The notes: generated from the sequence alone by a model not told the origin. A stretch of 64,000 nucleotides of DNA from Microcoleus sp. GA_180221_E-2-1-MAG-45_12 (GCA_020692245.1 JAIMKT010000011.1:3136-67135), one strand, 5' to 3'; positions 1-9,154 are shown, counted from the first letter of the stretch. Made by a program: numbers and translations.

Positions 1-1017
1 GACATTAAAGCCAATCTCTAAATCTTCCCCAGAAATTTGGGCAGAAATTGATTCACAACCAGAGCCAACATCCGCAGCTTCGACGGCTAGGGAGAGGAGT
101 TGATTTTCGCTATCGAGGTTAAATTTAACAATGTTATTTTTTTGGTCAGCAAGGACGGCAATTCTTTCTACGGAGGTCATGAGGAGCTTTCGATCGACCG
201 TCACGGTTCGTTGAAATTGTTGAGGAATTAACTTCCGGTAACTGGGATACATGCCCTCTAAGGTGCGGGTTGTGAGACGGTGTTCGCCGCCGTGGAAAAC
301 GATCTGGGTAGTATCAAAATAAAGCTCGATCGATTCCGTGGCAGATTTACTTCCTTGGAGGAGGAATAATAATTTTTCTAATTCTCGTAAGGCTCTAGCT
401 GGGATAGTTAGCTCGATCGGCTCTGCTTCCCCTAGGGTATCTTCGGGGCTGTCGGTGCGGACTACAGCAAGGCGATGCCCATCGGTGGCAGCAAATTCTA
501 GACAATCGGTGAGCAAAGTGAAATGCACCCCGGTTAATACTTGCTTAGTTTCATCAGGACTGGTGGCAAAGAGGGAACCTTTTAAGCCATCTCCAAGGCT
601 CTCGATCGACAAGCTCAGGGTTTTGCCATCTTCCACCATGGGCAATTCTGGAAACTCTCTTGCGCCAATGCCCCGAATTTCGTAGCGTCCACTGGAGGCA
701 GTGAGGGTAGCAATTTCCCCATCTTGGTCGTCTTCTTGGGCAACTTCCAGAGTCAAATTTCCTTGGGGCAGCTTGGCAACGATATCCCCCAACAATTTCG
801 CAGGCAGGGTAAATTCCCCCGACTCCAAGATTTCTGCATCAAAACTTGTCTGGATGCCTAGACTCAAATCAAAACCTGTAAGGCTGACCTGCTGAGTTTT
901 TTCGTCTGCCTTCAACAAAACATTGGCTAGTACCGGGTGGGTGGGTCGGGAAGGAACTGCCCTTGCAACTAGAGAAAGATGGGTGTTGAGATCGCTCTGG
1001 TTACAAACTAACTTCAT
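1..1017 (-). CDS. dnaN: DNA polymerase III beta sliding clamp, 3' end cut by window edge (339 codons present)
   Basis: Absent from the supplied track because it runs off the edge. My reverse-complement translation from ATG (1017-1015) gives MKLVCNQSDLNTHLSLVARAVPSRPTHPVLANVLLKADEKTQQVSLTGFDLSLGIQTSF...EDLEIGFNV. I checked all 339 codons down to nt 1 and found no stop. This is a typical beta-clamp sequence and it sits beside the DnaA-box cluster. Confidence 0.9.
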   Translation of the reverse strand, partial: MKLVCNQSDLNTHLSLVARAVPSRPTHPVLANVLLKADEKTQQVSLTGFDLSLGIQTSFDAEILESGEFTLPAKLLGDIVAKLPQGNLTLEVAQEDDQDGEIATLTASSGRYEIRGIGAREFPELPMVEDGKTLSLSIESLGDGLKGSLFATSPDETKQVLTGVHFTLLTDCLEFAATDGHRLAVVRTDSPEDTLGEAEPIELTIPARALRELEKLLFLLQGSKSATESIELYFDTTQIVFHGGEHRLTTRTLEGMYPSYRKLIPQQFQRTVTVDRKLLMTSVERIAVLADQKNNIVKFNLDSENQLLSLAVEAADVGSGCESISAQISGEDLEIGFNV

Positions 1018-1204
1018 AAAAAACCTTAAAAACTTTGGCTTTGGAAAGCACTTTTTCGACTTAGCTCAAAAATATTAGCACTATTGGCTGGGTTTTTGTT
1101 GCTTGTCTGAGGATTTTGAAAAAGTTGCTTTTTCGGCAAAATTTTCGCTGCGAATACTAATCCGGATCTTTTTTAAATTTAAAATTAATAGTAGTAGTAG
1201 GGGC

Positions 1205-1456
1205 TGTGGAAAATGTGGATAACTAGGCATTTTTCCCTAAGTAACAATATTTTCAGCGATCACTTTTCTGTGGATAACTTGTGGATAACTGCCCGACTTT
1301 TCCACAAGTAAGTATGTACTAGAGATTTTTCTCCACAGAAACCCCTGAGTTTTCCACACAGATCCACAGGAATTCCACAGGGTTTTCCACAGGTAGAAAT
1401 GTACTACTAGGGACTTTTCCCCAGAGTTATCCCCAGAAAAGGCTAGGTTTTCCACA
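1205..1456. promoter_or_regulatory. oriC-type DnaA-box cluster (13 boxes)
   Basis: Eight boxes are perfect: TGTGGAAAA 1205-1213; TGTGGATAA 1214-1222, 1269-1277, 1280-1288; TTTTCCACA 1298-1306, 1350-1358, 1383-1391, 1448-1456. Five are near matches: TTCTCCACA 1329-1337, AGATCCACA 1360-1368, AATTCCACA 1371-1379, TTTTCCCCA 1415-1423, TTATCCCCA 1427-1435. Box orientation flips between 1288 and 1298. The cluster lies directly upstream of dnaN. Confidence 0.85.
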
Positions 1457-1758
1457 GGTTTTTCAACAATTAATTTTTGTTAATTTATATATATATTTGT
1501 TAATTTTTGGCAGTATTTGGCAAATATCGGCAATTATTTTGAAATTTTACCTAACTTAATAGTATTTTTGTACTTACTAGAATTTTGTCTAGTGTCTTCT
1601 AAATAAACCTAGATTTGAAAAATACAAATTTAAGAATAATTATTGATTAGATGTTAATTAAGTTTTTTTAAGCAGAGCTTGGAGAAATTAGAGAAATTTG
1701 CGATAGGGTATAACGATGAGTATTTTTCCCCCTAGACCAATAATCAAATAATCAAAAT
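1457..1758. other. AT-rich tract flanking the DnaA boxes (candidate DNA-unwinding element)
   Basis: About 300 nt of very AT-rich non-coding DNA. It contains a (TA) run at 1486-1496 and TTTGTTAATTT twice (1476-1486 and 1496-1506). Confidence 0.45.
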
Positions 1759-2793
1759 ATGACTATATCGGCAATTAAAAACGAAGTTTCTCCACCGATC
1801 GCTAAGGATTTACAGGATTTGAAGTTACGAGATGTGGTGCGGACTCTGCCCCGTGAAGTGTTTCTCAAGGATCGATCGAAAGCTTGGACTCAAGTAGTAA
1901 TCAATGTTTCGTTAGTAGCCCTAGGTTATGCCAGCATTGCGATCGCCCCTTGGTATCTACTCCCCTTTGCTTGGATTTTTACTGGTACAGCTCTCACAGG
2001 TTTTTTTGTGATTGCCCACGATGCCGGACATCGCTCTTTTGCTGATCGGCGTTGGGTAAATGATCTAGTGGGTCATGTTCTGTTGTTACCGTTGCTCTAC
2101 CCTTTCCACAGTTGGCGGATTAAGCACAATCACCACCACAAGCACACCAACAAGATGAACGAAGATAATGCGTGGCAGCCCTTCCGTCCAGAATTTTATG
2201 CTGCCCAGCATCCGGCTTTTCAACAATTTTATCGGTTAATGCGGGGGAATTTGTGGTTTCTCGCCTCGATCGCTCACTGGGCAAGTGTGCATTTTGATCC
2301 CAACAATTTCAAGGAAAAGGAACGCTCTCAAATCAAGCTATCTGTAGGCGTGGTTATTGCCTTTGCCCTAGTCATGTTCCCGACTCTATTCATTACTACA
2401 GGCGTTTGGGGAGTAATTAGCTTTTGGTTGATGCCTTGGCTGGTTTATCACTTCTGGATGAGTACCTTCACCATCTGTCACCACACCGCCTCTGATATTC
2501 CTTTTCGGGAGCCAGAACTTTGGAACGAAGCGGAATCTCAACTTTTTGGCACTGTCCACTGTGACTATCCCCGGTGGGTTGAGTATCTTTGCCATGATAT
2601 CAATGTCCACATTCCCCACCACATTTCCACAGCGATTCCTTCCTACAATCTCCGGCTGGCGGATGCTGCTTTGTTAGATATCTGGGGAGACAAGCTCTAT
2701 CGATCGAAGTTCTCTTGGCAGCTAATGCGGGACATCACCACAAAATGTCATCTCTACGATGCCGAAAATTGCTACACACCTTTTCCTAAATAG
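1759..2793 (+). CDS. desA: acyl-lipid delta-12 fatty acid desaturase
   Basis: Three histidine boxes are present: HDAGH, HNHHH and HIPHH. There are long stretches I recall from Synechocystis DesA, such as WLMPWLVYHFWMSTFT and GTVHCDYPRWVEYLCHDINVHIPHH. The second box is of the DesA type rather than the DesB HRTHH type. Confidence 0.8.
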   Translation: MTISAIKNEVSPPIAKDLQDLKLRDVVRTLPREVFLKDRSKAWTQVVINVSLVALGYASIAIAPWYLLPFAWIFTGTALTGFFVIAHDAGHRSFADRRWVNDLVGHVLLLPLLYPFHSWRIKHNHHHKHTNKMNEDNAWQPFRPEFYAAQHPAFQQFYRLMRGNLWFLASIAHWASVHFDPNNFKEKERSQIKLSVGVVIAFALVMFPTLFITTGVWGVISFWLMPWLVYHFWMSTFTICHHTASDIPFREPELWNEAESQLFGTVHCDYPRWVEYLCHDINVHIPHHISTAIPSYNLRLADAALLDIWGDKLYRSKFSWQLMRDITTKCHLYDAENCYTPFPK

Positions 2794-2833
2794 CATCTAG
2801 AAGTATCTAAATATCATCTAAGTAATTAAATAT

Positions 2834-2880
2834 AGCGATCCTAATTTGATTTAAAAAATTCTCTAGGATCGCTTTTTATT
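2834..2880 (+). terminator. rho-independent terminator after desA
   Basis: A perfect 10-bp stem pairs AGCGATCCTA (2834-2843) with TAGGATCGCT (2864-2873). It is followed by TTTTTATTT. Confidence 0.6.
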
Positions 2881-2991
2881 TGTTGATTCTGATCTAAATT
2901 CCAAAATTTACTGAGATTGAAAAAAATTCAAACAGAGATCTGTACTAGAGATAACACCTTATAAAAATTCTATTACACCTTTTTACTGTAT

Positions 2992-3456
2992 TTATTCCTT
3001 AAGAGATTTAAGTAATTGAATAGGACGCTCAGATACTATGTTTGAATATAAATCGGAGTGAGAGGTAAACATATAGTGTTCATATTGATACCAGTGCATT
3101 TCCCCTTTTTCTTGGTTGCAATCCCAGCAAATAACCCAAAGGTTTTGGAATTCCATCGATAGCCAAGGATATTGTGATCTAGGGAGCTTGTGATCTATAG
3201 TTCTACCACTGTTATATGTATATCGGTGTTCACAAATTGGGCAATGATAATCAGAATTATTTCTGACCCATAATTTACTTTCCTCTGTAGTTCCACACTC
3301 GCTATCGCCATTAATATATCGCCAATAATCAAACTTTCTGTAGTCATCAAAATCTTGGCTAGTTAATCTATGATATCGATTACCTCCTACTTTATTTGCA
3401 AGTTTAAATAAATCTCCAAGCTCTTTATTCTCAAGATTCTGATCTTCAAGATTCAT
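2992..3456 (-). CDS. small HNH endonuclease
   Basis: It has the zinc-finger HNH signature CPICE...DHKLPRSQYP...NLWVICWDCNQEKG. The gene is AT-rich and is the last of three co-directional ORFs. Confidence 0.75.
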   Translation of the reverse strand: MNLEDQNLENKELGDLFKLANKVGGNRYHRLTSQDFDDYRKFDYWRYINGDSECGTTEESKLWVRNNSDYHCPICEHRYTYNSGRTIDHKLPRSQYPWLSMEFQNLWVICWDCNQEKGEMHWYQYEHYMFTSHSDLYSNIVSERPIQLLKSLKE

Positions 3457-3508
3457 GATTTTATGATTATTGTCTTATTAAATATAAAATATCAAAAAAA
3501 CAGAAAAA

Positions 3509-3910
3509 TCACCGATAAGATTTCTTAATTTTCTGACTAAAATCTATAAATTCAAATGTTGTATCAGGAAATTGTCTTTCTATTTCTTCTGCAACCTTAC
3601 TAACTTCTTTAGCGAGCTTTTGATTAAAACTGTCAATTTCTTGCTTATCAAGATATTTGTTGCCAACATGATCAGCTTCTAAAAATAACTCTTCAAGTGT
3701 AAAATCTTCTAACTTATATTTTTCTAAAAAATCTTCGATTTTCTGATAAAGTTTAATGACTTGTTCCCATCCGACATTCTTATAGCCATTATCTTTTAAC
3801 CACTTTTGATCTTTTTTGTGCAGTAATTTTCTCTTATTTGAGTTAGAGCTTTGAACTTCACAATAACTCATTTTATTGAAACTTTTCTTTTTGTTTTTTT
3901 GTTTAGCCAT
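3509..3910 (-). CDS. hypothetical protein (133 aa, K/E-rich), middle gene of the HNH cassette
   Basis: The ORF starts 12 nt after the upstream ORF ends and ends 52 nt before the HNH gene. I recognise no domain. Confidence 0.5.
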   Translation of the reverse strand: MAKQKNKKKSFNKMSYCEVQSSNSNKRKLLHKKDQKWLKDNGYKNVGWEQVIKLYQKIEDFLEKYKLEDFTLEELFLEADHVGNKYLDKQEIDSFNQKLAKEVSKVAEEIERQFPDTTFEFIDFSQKIKKSYR

Positions 3911-3922
3911 CAGCTTAGTTCC

Positions 3923-4369
3923 TCAGCCCTGTGTACTATTGAACCATTTCACTAATGCTTTACGAATTTCACTATCTTCATATTGCATCATTTTTTGCAT
4001 ATCAATGGTCATTTTAAGCTTAATTGCATCTATTAAGTTTTTCAAATACTTGTTATCTTTTTTAAGCCGAACATTAGCCTTTTCTAATTGATCATTCTGA
4101 AAGACTAATTCTTTAGAATTGTTTTCTAGTTCAATACTTTTTTTGTCTTTAACTTCAATTTCTTTAACTTTCTTTGTTACCATTCCTTTCTGAGCAGCTT
4201 GAAGACGCTGCCGCTTGATTAACTCTAGCCCAGCAAATAAAGAAATAGCTCTACGAATCGTAAGTTCATCTGGATCATTACTAAAATCAATTTTCTCTAA
4301 AGCTCGGACAGCATCTGCTTTTGTCCACCCCTCACTTTCTAGAATTTTGATAGTATCTAATTTATTCAC
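3923..4369 (-). CDS. hypothetical coiled-coil protein (148 aa), first gene of the HNH cassette
   Basis: The ORF has a heptad-like K/E/L-rich centre. I recognise no domain. Confidence 0.5.
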   Translation of the reverse strand: MNKLDTIKILESEGWTKADAVRALEKIDFSNDPDELTIRRAISLFAGLELIKRQRLQAAQKGMVTKKVKEIEVKDKKSIELENNSKELVFQNDQLEKANVRLKKDNKYLKNLIDAIKLKMTIDMQKMMQYEDSEIRKALVKWFNSTQG

Positions 4370-4936
4370 AATTGTATCAAGATCAGCAGTATTTTGTTAA
4401 TTCTACCTAATGAGGTAACTACATTGATAGTTTAAGTATATTTATTCTGTCAAGGACTATTTAAAATAGTTTATATAATTTATATGATTTTGAATATTTA
4501 TGATTTTGAAGAGATTAAATTAATTCGTAATTTCAAAATACCTTCAAGATAAACCATAGAGTTTTTTCTATGATAGCCATAGTTTTCAATAACGATAAAT
4601 AAATTTTTACAGTGTTTCTGAGTCTAACTCTTGAGTTTTGCCTGTAATGGTATTCTGCCATTTCTGCTGCTAATTTGGCAAGAGTATCTGGAGACTTAGC
4701 AAAAGAAGCTTCCTATTTAGCCTCATCTTCAAGTTCTTCTAGGATTAGTGCGGCGATCGCTATTGAAAATAAATCAAGAGTTATGGACTATAGCATATTT
4801 ATTAGTCTAGAAAATATCATTGGTATAACAAAATATCTTCAAAAGATATGCTAAATTTCCCCTGTTCGCTCTACAAAATGATACATCGCTCTACAAGATT
4901 GACAATCTCATTCAGTAAACATCAGGAGGCATCGTC

Positions 4937-5587
4937 ATGGAAGCAAAATTTTGGCATGAATCTTGGGAAATTGGCGGCAGTAAAACCAGTTTCCATCGTC
5001 TCGATATACATCCTTATGTCCAAAAATACGCTAATCCCGATCGTCTTAAGGGTAAAAATGTCTTTGTGCCCTTAGCAGGAAAAACTAATGACCTGACTTG
5101 GCTCCGTAGCCATGCGGATCATGTCATTGGCGTAGAATTAGTTGAACAGCCAATTCATGAATTTTTCACCGAAAATAAACTACCGTATAAAAATCATGGA
5201 CAGGGACGATTTGAAACAGAGAAGATGACTTTTTTTAATCGCAATTTGTTTGATTTAACGGTACAGGAGGTTGGTCAGGTTGATTTTGTTTACGATCGCG
5301 CTTCTCTTATTGCTTTCCCTAATGCGATGCGGATGGATTATCTCAAAAAGATGCACGAACTATGTTCGATCGGTTCCCAAACCCTGTTAATTACCCTAGA
5401 ATACGAACCTAATCTGGGCAGTCCCCCCTTTAGCGTTACCCCTAAAGATGTAGAGATTTACTACGGTGAACACTATGAGATTAACCATGTGGAGCAACCG
5501 AGTTTGCCGGAACATCGAATGAAAATCAAACTAAATCTGGATTTCTTGAAAGAACATTGCTTTATCCTGACAAAACGTCGTCATTAG
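4937..5587 (+). CDS. thiopurine S-methyltransferase (TPMT) family SAM-dependent methyltransferase
   Basis: The N-terminus W..SW......FH plus VFVPLAGKTNDLTWL matches the TPMT/halide methyltransferase pattern (PLCGK..D..WL). Confidence 0.75.
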   Translation: MEAKFWHESWEIGGSKTSFHRLDIHPYVQKYANPDRLKGKNVFVPLAGKTNDLTWLRSHADHVIGVELVEQPIHEFFTENKLPYKNHGQGRFETEKMTFFNRNLFDLTVQEVGQVDFVYDRASLIAFPNAMRMDYLKKMHELCSIGSQTLLITLEYEPNLGSPPFSVTPKDVEIYYGEHYEINHVEQPSLPEHRMKIKLNLDFLKEHCFILTKRRH

Positions 5588-5602
5588 TCCCCTAATTGCT
5601 CT

Positions 5603-5621
5603 GAGCGTAAGGCTTGCGCTC
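5603..5621. repeat. REP-like hairpin with CGTAAGGCTT core (possible terminator)
   Basis: GAGCGTAAGGCTTGCGCTC folds into an 8-bp stem (including one G-U pair) with a 3-nt loop, 16 nt after the TPMT stop. It shares its core with the hairpin at 44547-44566. Confidence 0.4.
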
Positions 5622-5830
5622 TTGCTGTTGAACCCATTTGGTATCTTTTCTAAAAGTATTGCAGGAAGGACATTTTAGATAAATATTGCTTGTCTGGGCG
5701 AAAGCCATCTGTGGCAATAGTTCTAGCGTAGATATCAAATGGGTTTTATACTAACGCTGCTCAGTTTAGGATACCAGTTGAGGATGGGTTAAGCTGTAGG
5801 GATAAATTATTGTGAAAGATAATAGGTTTT

Positions 5831-8800
5831 ATGGGGATATTACACGGTAGTTGGTGGGCTTCGGGGCGGTTTTTTGTTTGGGGAGAGGTTTATCGATTCT
5901 CAAAGCAATCACCCCCAAGGCAAACTCTCGAAGAATCAACAGCTAACCCCGATGCGCCTCTCCATCCCTACACCATGCACCCCGGCGAGTTGGTTGAGTT
6001 CCTGGTAGAGAAAAAACTGTTGACTGCCGCAGCCCTGAAAAATTCATCCGTTACCGATCTAGTAGTGCATCTGCCTAGTTATAAATCTGGTCGATTTCCC
6101 AAAGGGAAGGCTACGCCAACGACCCTACCCTTTCTTTCTAGCCAAGAAATCACTGGTGATCTGCAAAAACCTTGGAAAATTACCGGGATCACCTTGAATT
6201 TATCCTTGGGGAAAGAATTATTGAAAGCGCTGCCCTTGGGGAATATTGCTACAGATGGTGATTACTGGGGGGGAGATTTGCGGTTTTGGAGCCATATTTA
6301 TCGCTGGAGCCTAGACCTATTGGCACGAGAGAAATTTGTTCCCGGTGTTTCAACTCAGGGGGAGCAGGTGGTGATGAGTTGGCTGCCCTTGCTAGACAGT
6401 GCTTTGGATCAGGCAAGACTGACCCGCTTTACCCAAGCCATGCCCCTAGTTTGTAGCCAGTATCAAGCCCAGTTATCTAACCAGTTACCCAGTGAGATTT
6501 TGTTAGATTTTCTGGCAAGTTCGATCGATCACCATGTCCGCCAAATTATCGCCGATCTACCCCAGCCCCGTTTGACTTCACCTCTCCAAGAATGGGTACA
6601 GGGTTTAACTACCAATAATTCCAGCAAAAATTCCCTCAGCCCCGATAGTGATGCTGCCCTCCGTTTAACTGCTCTCTGGCAAAACTGGACAGCTCCAGTG
6701 CAAAAATCTTTGGTGACAAGCCCCGACTATTGGCAACAGCGCCAAGCTCAAGGGGATTTATTTCGGGTGTGTTTGGTGTTGATCCCACCGAATAATGAGG
6801 TAAATCAAGAAACTATTCAAGAACACAAATGGCGGTTGGAGTATCATTTACAGGCGATCGACCAACCAGAATTATTAATCTCGGCAGCAACGATCTGGCA
6901 TCACGACTCAGAAAGATTGGTACAACATCAACGCACAATTGTCGCCCCTAGAGAAACTCTCTTGCGGGGCTTGGGGATTGCTGCCCGAATTTATCCTCCC
7001 ATCAGCAATAGTTTAGAGTCACCCCGTCCCGAATTTTGTGAACTGGGGGATTTAGAAGTTTATGAATTTATCAAGGCAAGGGCTTGGCAACTGGAAGATC
7101 ACGGCTTGGGGGTGATTCTGCCCTCTAGTTTGCGACCGGGAGTGGAGGAGAAAAAGCTAGGCTTGAAGATCACTGCCTTGGAACCAAATGCGGGGCAACG
7201 GTTGGGAATGCAGACTCTCCTAAACTATCGCTGGGAGTTGGCGATCGGGGATATGACTATTTCTGCCCAAGAGTTCCAACAGATTCTTGCCATGCAATCT
7301 CCTTTGGTGCAAGTTAACGGCACTTGGATCGCTCTACAACCGGGGGAAATGCGATCGGCCCAACAACTTCTGACCACACCGCCTAGTCAAACCCTGTCTG
7401 TGGCAGATTTATTGCGCTTGGGTTCTGGGGAAACGCAGGTGATGGAAAAGCTTCCGGTGGTTAGTTTTGAAGCTCAAGGGGTGTTAGAGGAACTTTTGGC
7501 AAACTTGGGCAGAAATGAGGCGATCGCTCCCATCGATCCTCCCGATACTTTCCAAGGACAACTCCGACCCTACCAAGCACGGGGTTTAGCATGGCTTGCC
7601 TTCCTCGATCGCTGGGGTTTAGGAGCCTGTCTGGCGGATGATATGGGCTTGGGGAAAACTATCCAAACGATCGCCTTTCTTCTCCATCTCCAACATCAGC
7701 AAAATCTTTTGAATCAATCCAGTCAATCTTTGCAATCTTCCCAATCCCTGCAATCTAGCCGGGCTAAAAAATCTACACAATCTCCTCCATCTCATCAACC
7801 CAGCCTCCTCCTCTGCCCTACATCTGTGTTAGGAAACTGGGAGCGGGAAGTCCAGAAATTTGCCCCGACCCTGCGAGTGGGATTGCACTATGGAGACAAG
7901 CGATCGAAGGGCAAGGATTTTGCAGCAGCGGCTCAAGAATTGGATTTAATTATTACCAGCTATCCCCTGATGGTGCGGGATTGGAAAACTCTCCACGCCG
8001 TGAGTTGGCAAGTTTTGATCCTTGATGAAGCCCAAAATATTAAAAACCCAGACACAAAACAATCAAAGGCAGTGCGGGAATTAAAGTCTCAGTTTCGGAT
8101 TGCTTTGACTGGAACCCCTGTAGAAAATCGTCTTGGGGAATTGTGGTCAATTTTAGATTTCCTCAATCCGGGTTATCTGGGTTCTCGGCAGTTTTTCCAG
8201 CGCCGTTTTGCCCTGCCTATCGAAAAGTTCGGCGATCGAGCTTCTTTGCAAGTATTACGTTCCTTAGTGCAACCTTTGATTTTACGCAGACTGAAAACTG
8301 ATCGCACCATCATTCAAGATTTACCAGAAAAGCAAGAAATGACGGTCTTTTGTGGTTTGGTTCCAGAGCAGGCGGCTTTATATCAAAAGTTAGTGGATGA
8401 ATCTTTGACAGAAATTGACAATCTTGCAGGCACAAAACGTAATGCTATGGTGTTAACTCTGCTGATGCGTCTCAAGCAGGTGTGCAATCATCCGGCTCAA
8501 TACTTGAAGGAATCTATTTCTAGTCAAGTTAACCAGAGGGAACTATGGCAGAATTTTGCTCAACGATCAGGGAAGCTGAAACGCCTTGAGGAAATGCTAG
8601 AAGAATTAATTGCTGAGGGAGATCGATCACTAATTTTTACGCAGTTTGCCGAATTAGGCACTTTACTTCAAGGTTATCTCGCTCAACAATTTCAACAGGA
8701 GATTTTCTTCTTTCATGGGGGAACCAAAAAGAACGATCGAGAACTGATGGTAGACAGATTTCAAAATGATCCCAATGCTCCCAAGGTGATGATTTTATCT

Positions 8801-9115
8801 CTGAAAGCAGGCGGCACGGGGCTGAATTTAACTAGGGCGAATCATGTGTTTCACTTCGATCGCTGGTGGAATCCTGCCGTGGAAAACCAAGCCACCGATC
8901 GAGCCTTTCGCATCGGGCAGACCCGCAATGTCCAAGTGCATAAATTTGTCTGTACGGGAACCCTAGAGGAGAAAATTAATAATCTCATCAACAGCAAAAA
9001 ACAATTAGCAGAGCAAACTGTAGATGTGGGGGAAAGTTGGTTAACAGAACTAGATACTGACCAGTTACGAAATTTATTAGTCCTCGATCGAGCCGCCATC
9101 ATCGATTTAGAGTAA
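5831..9115 (+). CDS. SNF2-family DNA helicase/translocase with a long N-terminal accessory region
   Basis: Motifs seen: LRPYQARGLAWL, DDMGLGKTIQ (motif I), LDEAQNIKN (DEAQ box) and HFDRWWNPAVENQATDRAFRIGQ (motif VI). A Q/S-rich insert (SQSLQS repeats) lies between motifs I and Ia. Confidence 0.9.
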   Translation: MGILHGSWWASGRFFVWGEVYRFSKQSPPRQTLEESTANPDAPLHPYTMHPGELVEFLVEKKLLTAAALKNSSVTDLVVHLPSYKSGRFPKGKATPTTLPFLSSQEITGDLQKPWKITGITLNLSLGKELLKALPLGNIATDGDYWGGDLRFWSHIYRWSLDLLAREKFVPGVSTQGEQVVMSWLPLLDSALDQARLTRFTQAMPLVCSQYQAQLSNQLPSEILLDFLASSIDHHVRQIIADLPQPRLTSPLQEWVQGLTTNNSSKNSLSPDSDAALRLTALWQNWTAPVQKSLVTSPDYWQQRQAQGDLFRVCLVLIPPNNEVNQETIQEHKWRLEYHLQAIDQPELLISAATIWHHDSERLVQHQRTIVAPRETLLRGLGIAARIYPPISNSLESPRPEFCELGDLEVYEFIKARAWQLEDHGLGVILPSSLRPGVEEKKLGLKITALEPNAGQRLGMQTLLNYRWELAIGDMTISAQEFQQILAMQSPLVQVNGTWIALQPGEMRSAQQLLTTPPSQTLSVADLLRLGSGETQVMEKLPVVSFEAQGVLEELLANLGRNEAIAPIDPPDTFQGQLRPYQARGLAWLAFLDRWGLGACLADDMGLGKTIQTIAFLLHLQHQQNLLNQSSQSLQSSQSLQSSRAKKSTQSPPSHQPSLLLCPTSVLGNWEREVQKFAPTLRVGLHYGDKRSKGKDFAAAAQELDLIITSYPLMVRDWKTLHAVSWQVLILDEAQNIKNPDTKQSKAVRELKSQFRIALTGTPVENRLGELWSILDFLNPGYLGSRQFFQRRFALPIEKFGDRASLQVLRSLVQPLILRRLKTDRTIIQDLPEKQEMTVFCGLVPEQAALYQKLVDESLTEIDNLAGTKRNAMVLTLLMRLKQVCNHPAQYLKESISSQVNQRELWQNFAQRSGKLKRLEEMLEELIAEGDRSLIFTQFAELGTLLQGYLAQQFQQEIFFFHGGTKKNDRELMVDRFQNDPNAPKVMILSLKAGGTGLNLTRANHVFHFDRWWNPAVENQATDRAFRIGQTRNVQVHKFVCTGTLEEKINNLINSKKQLAEQTVDVGESWLTELDTDQLRNLLVLDRAAIIDLE

Positions 9116-9154
9116 CCAATTTATAGAGATTTATCAGGCTATATCAGGAAAAAT

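Noticed and set aside
1313-1326. TGTACTAGAGAT shared between the oriC region (1314-1325) and the left edge of the HNH islet (2941-2952), as possible island boundary repeats
   Set aside because: A single 12-nt match between any two positions in 64 kb is expected many times by chance, and there is no extended similarity around it.
1237-1455. 72-aa minus-strand ORF from the track
   Set aside because: It lies entirely within the DnaA-box cluster. Its odd W/K/F-rich peptide is just TTTTCCACA-type boxes read as codons.
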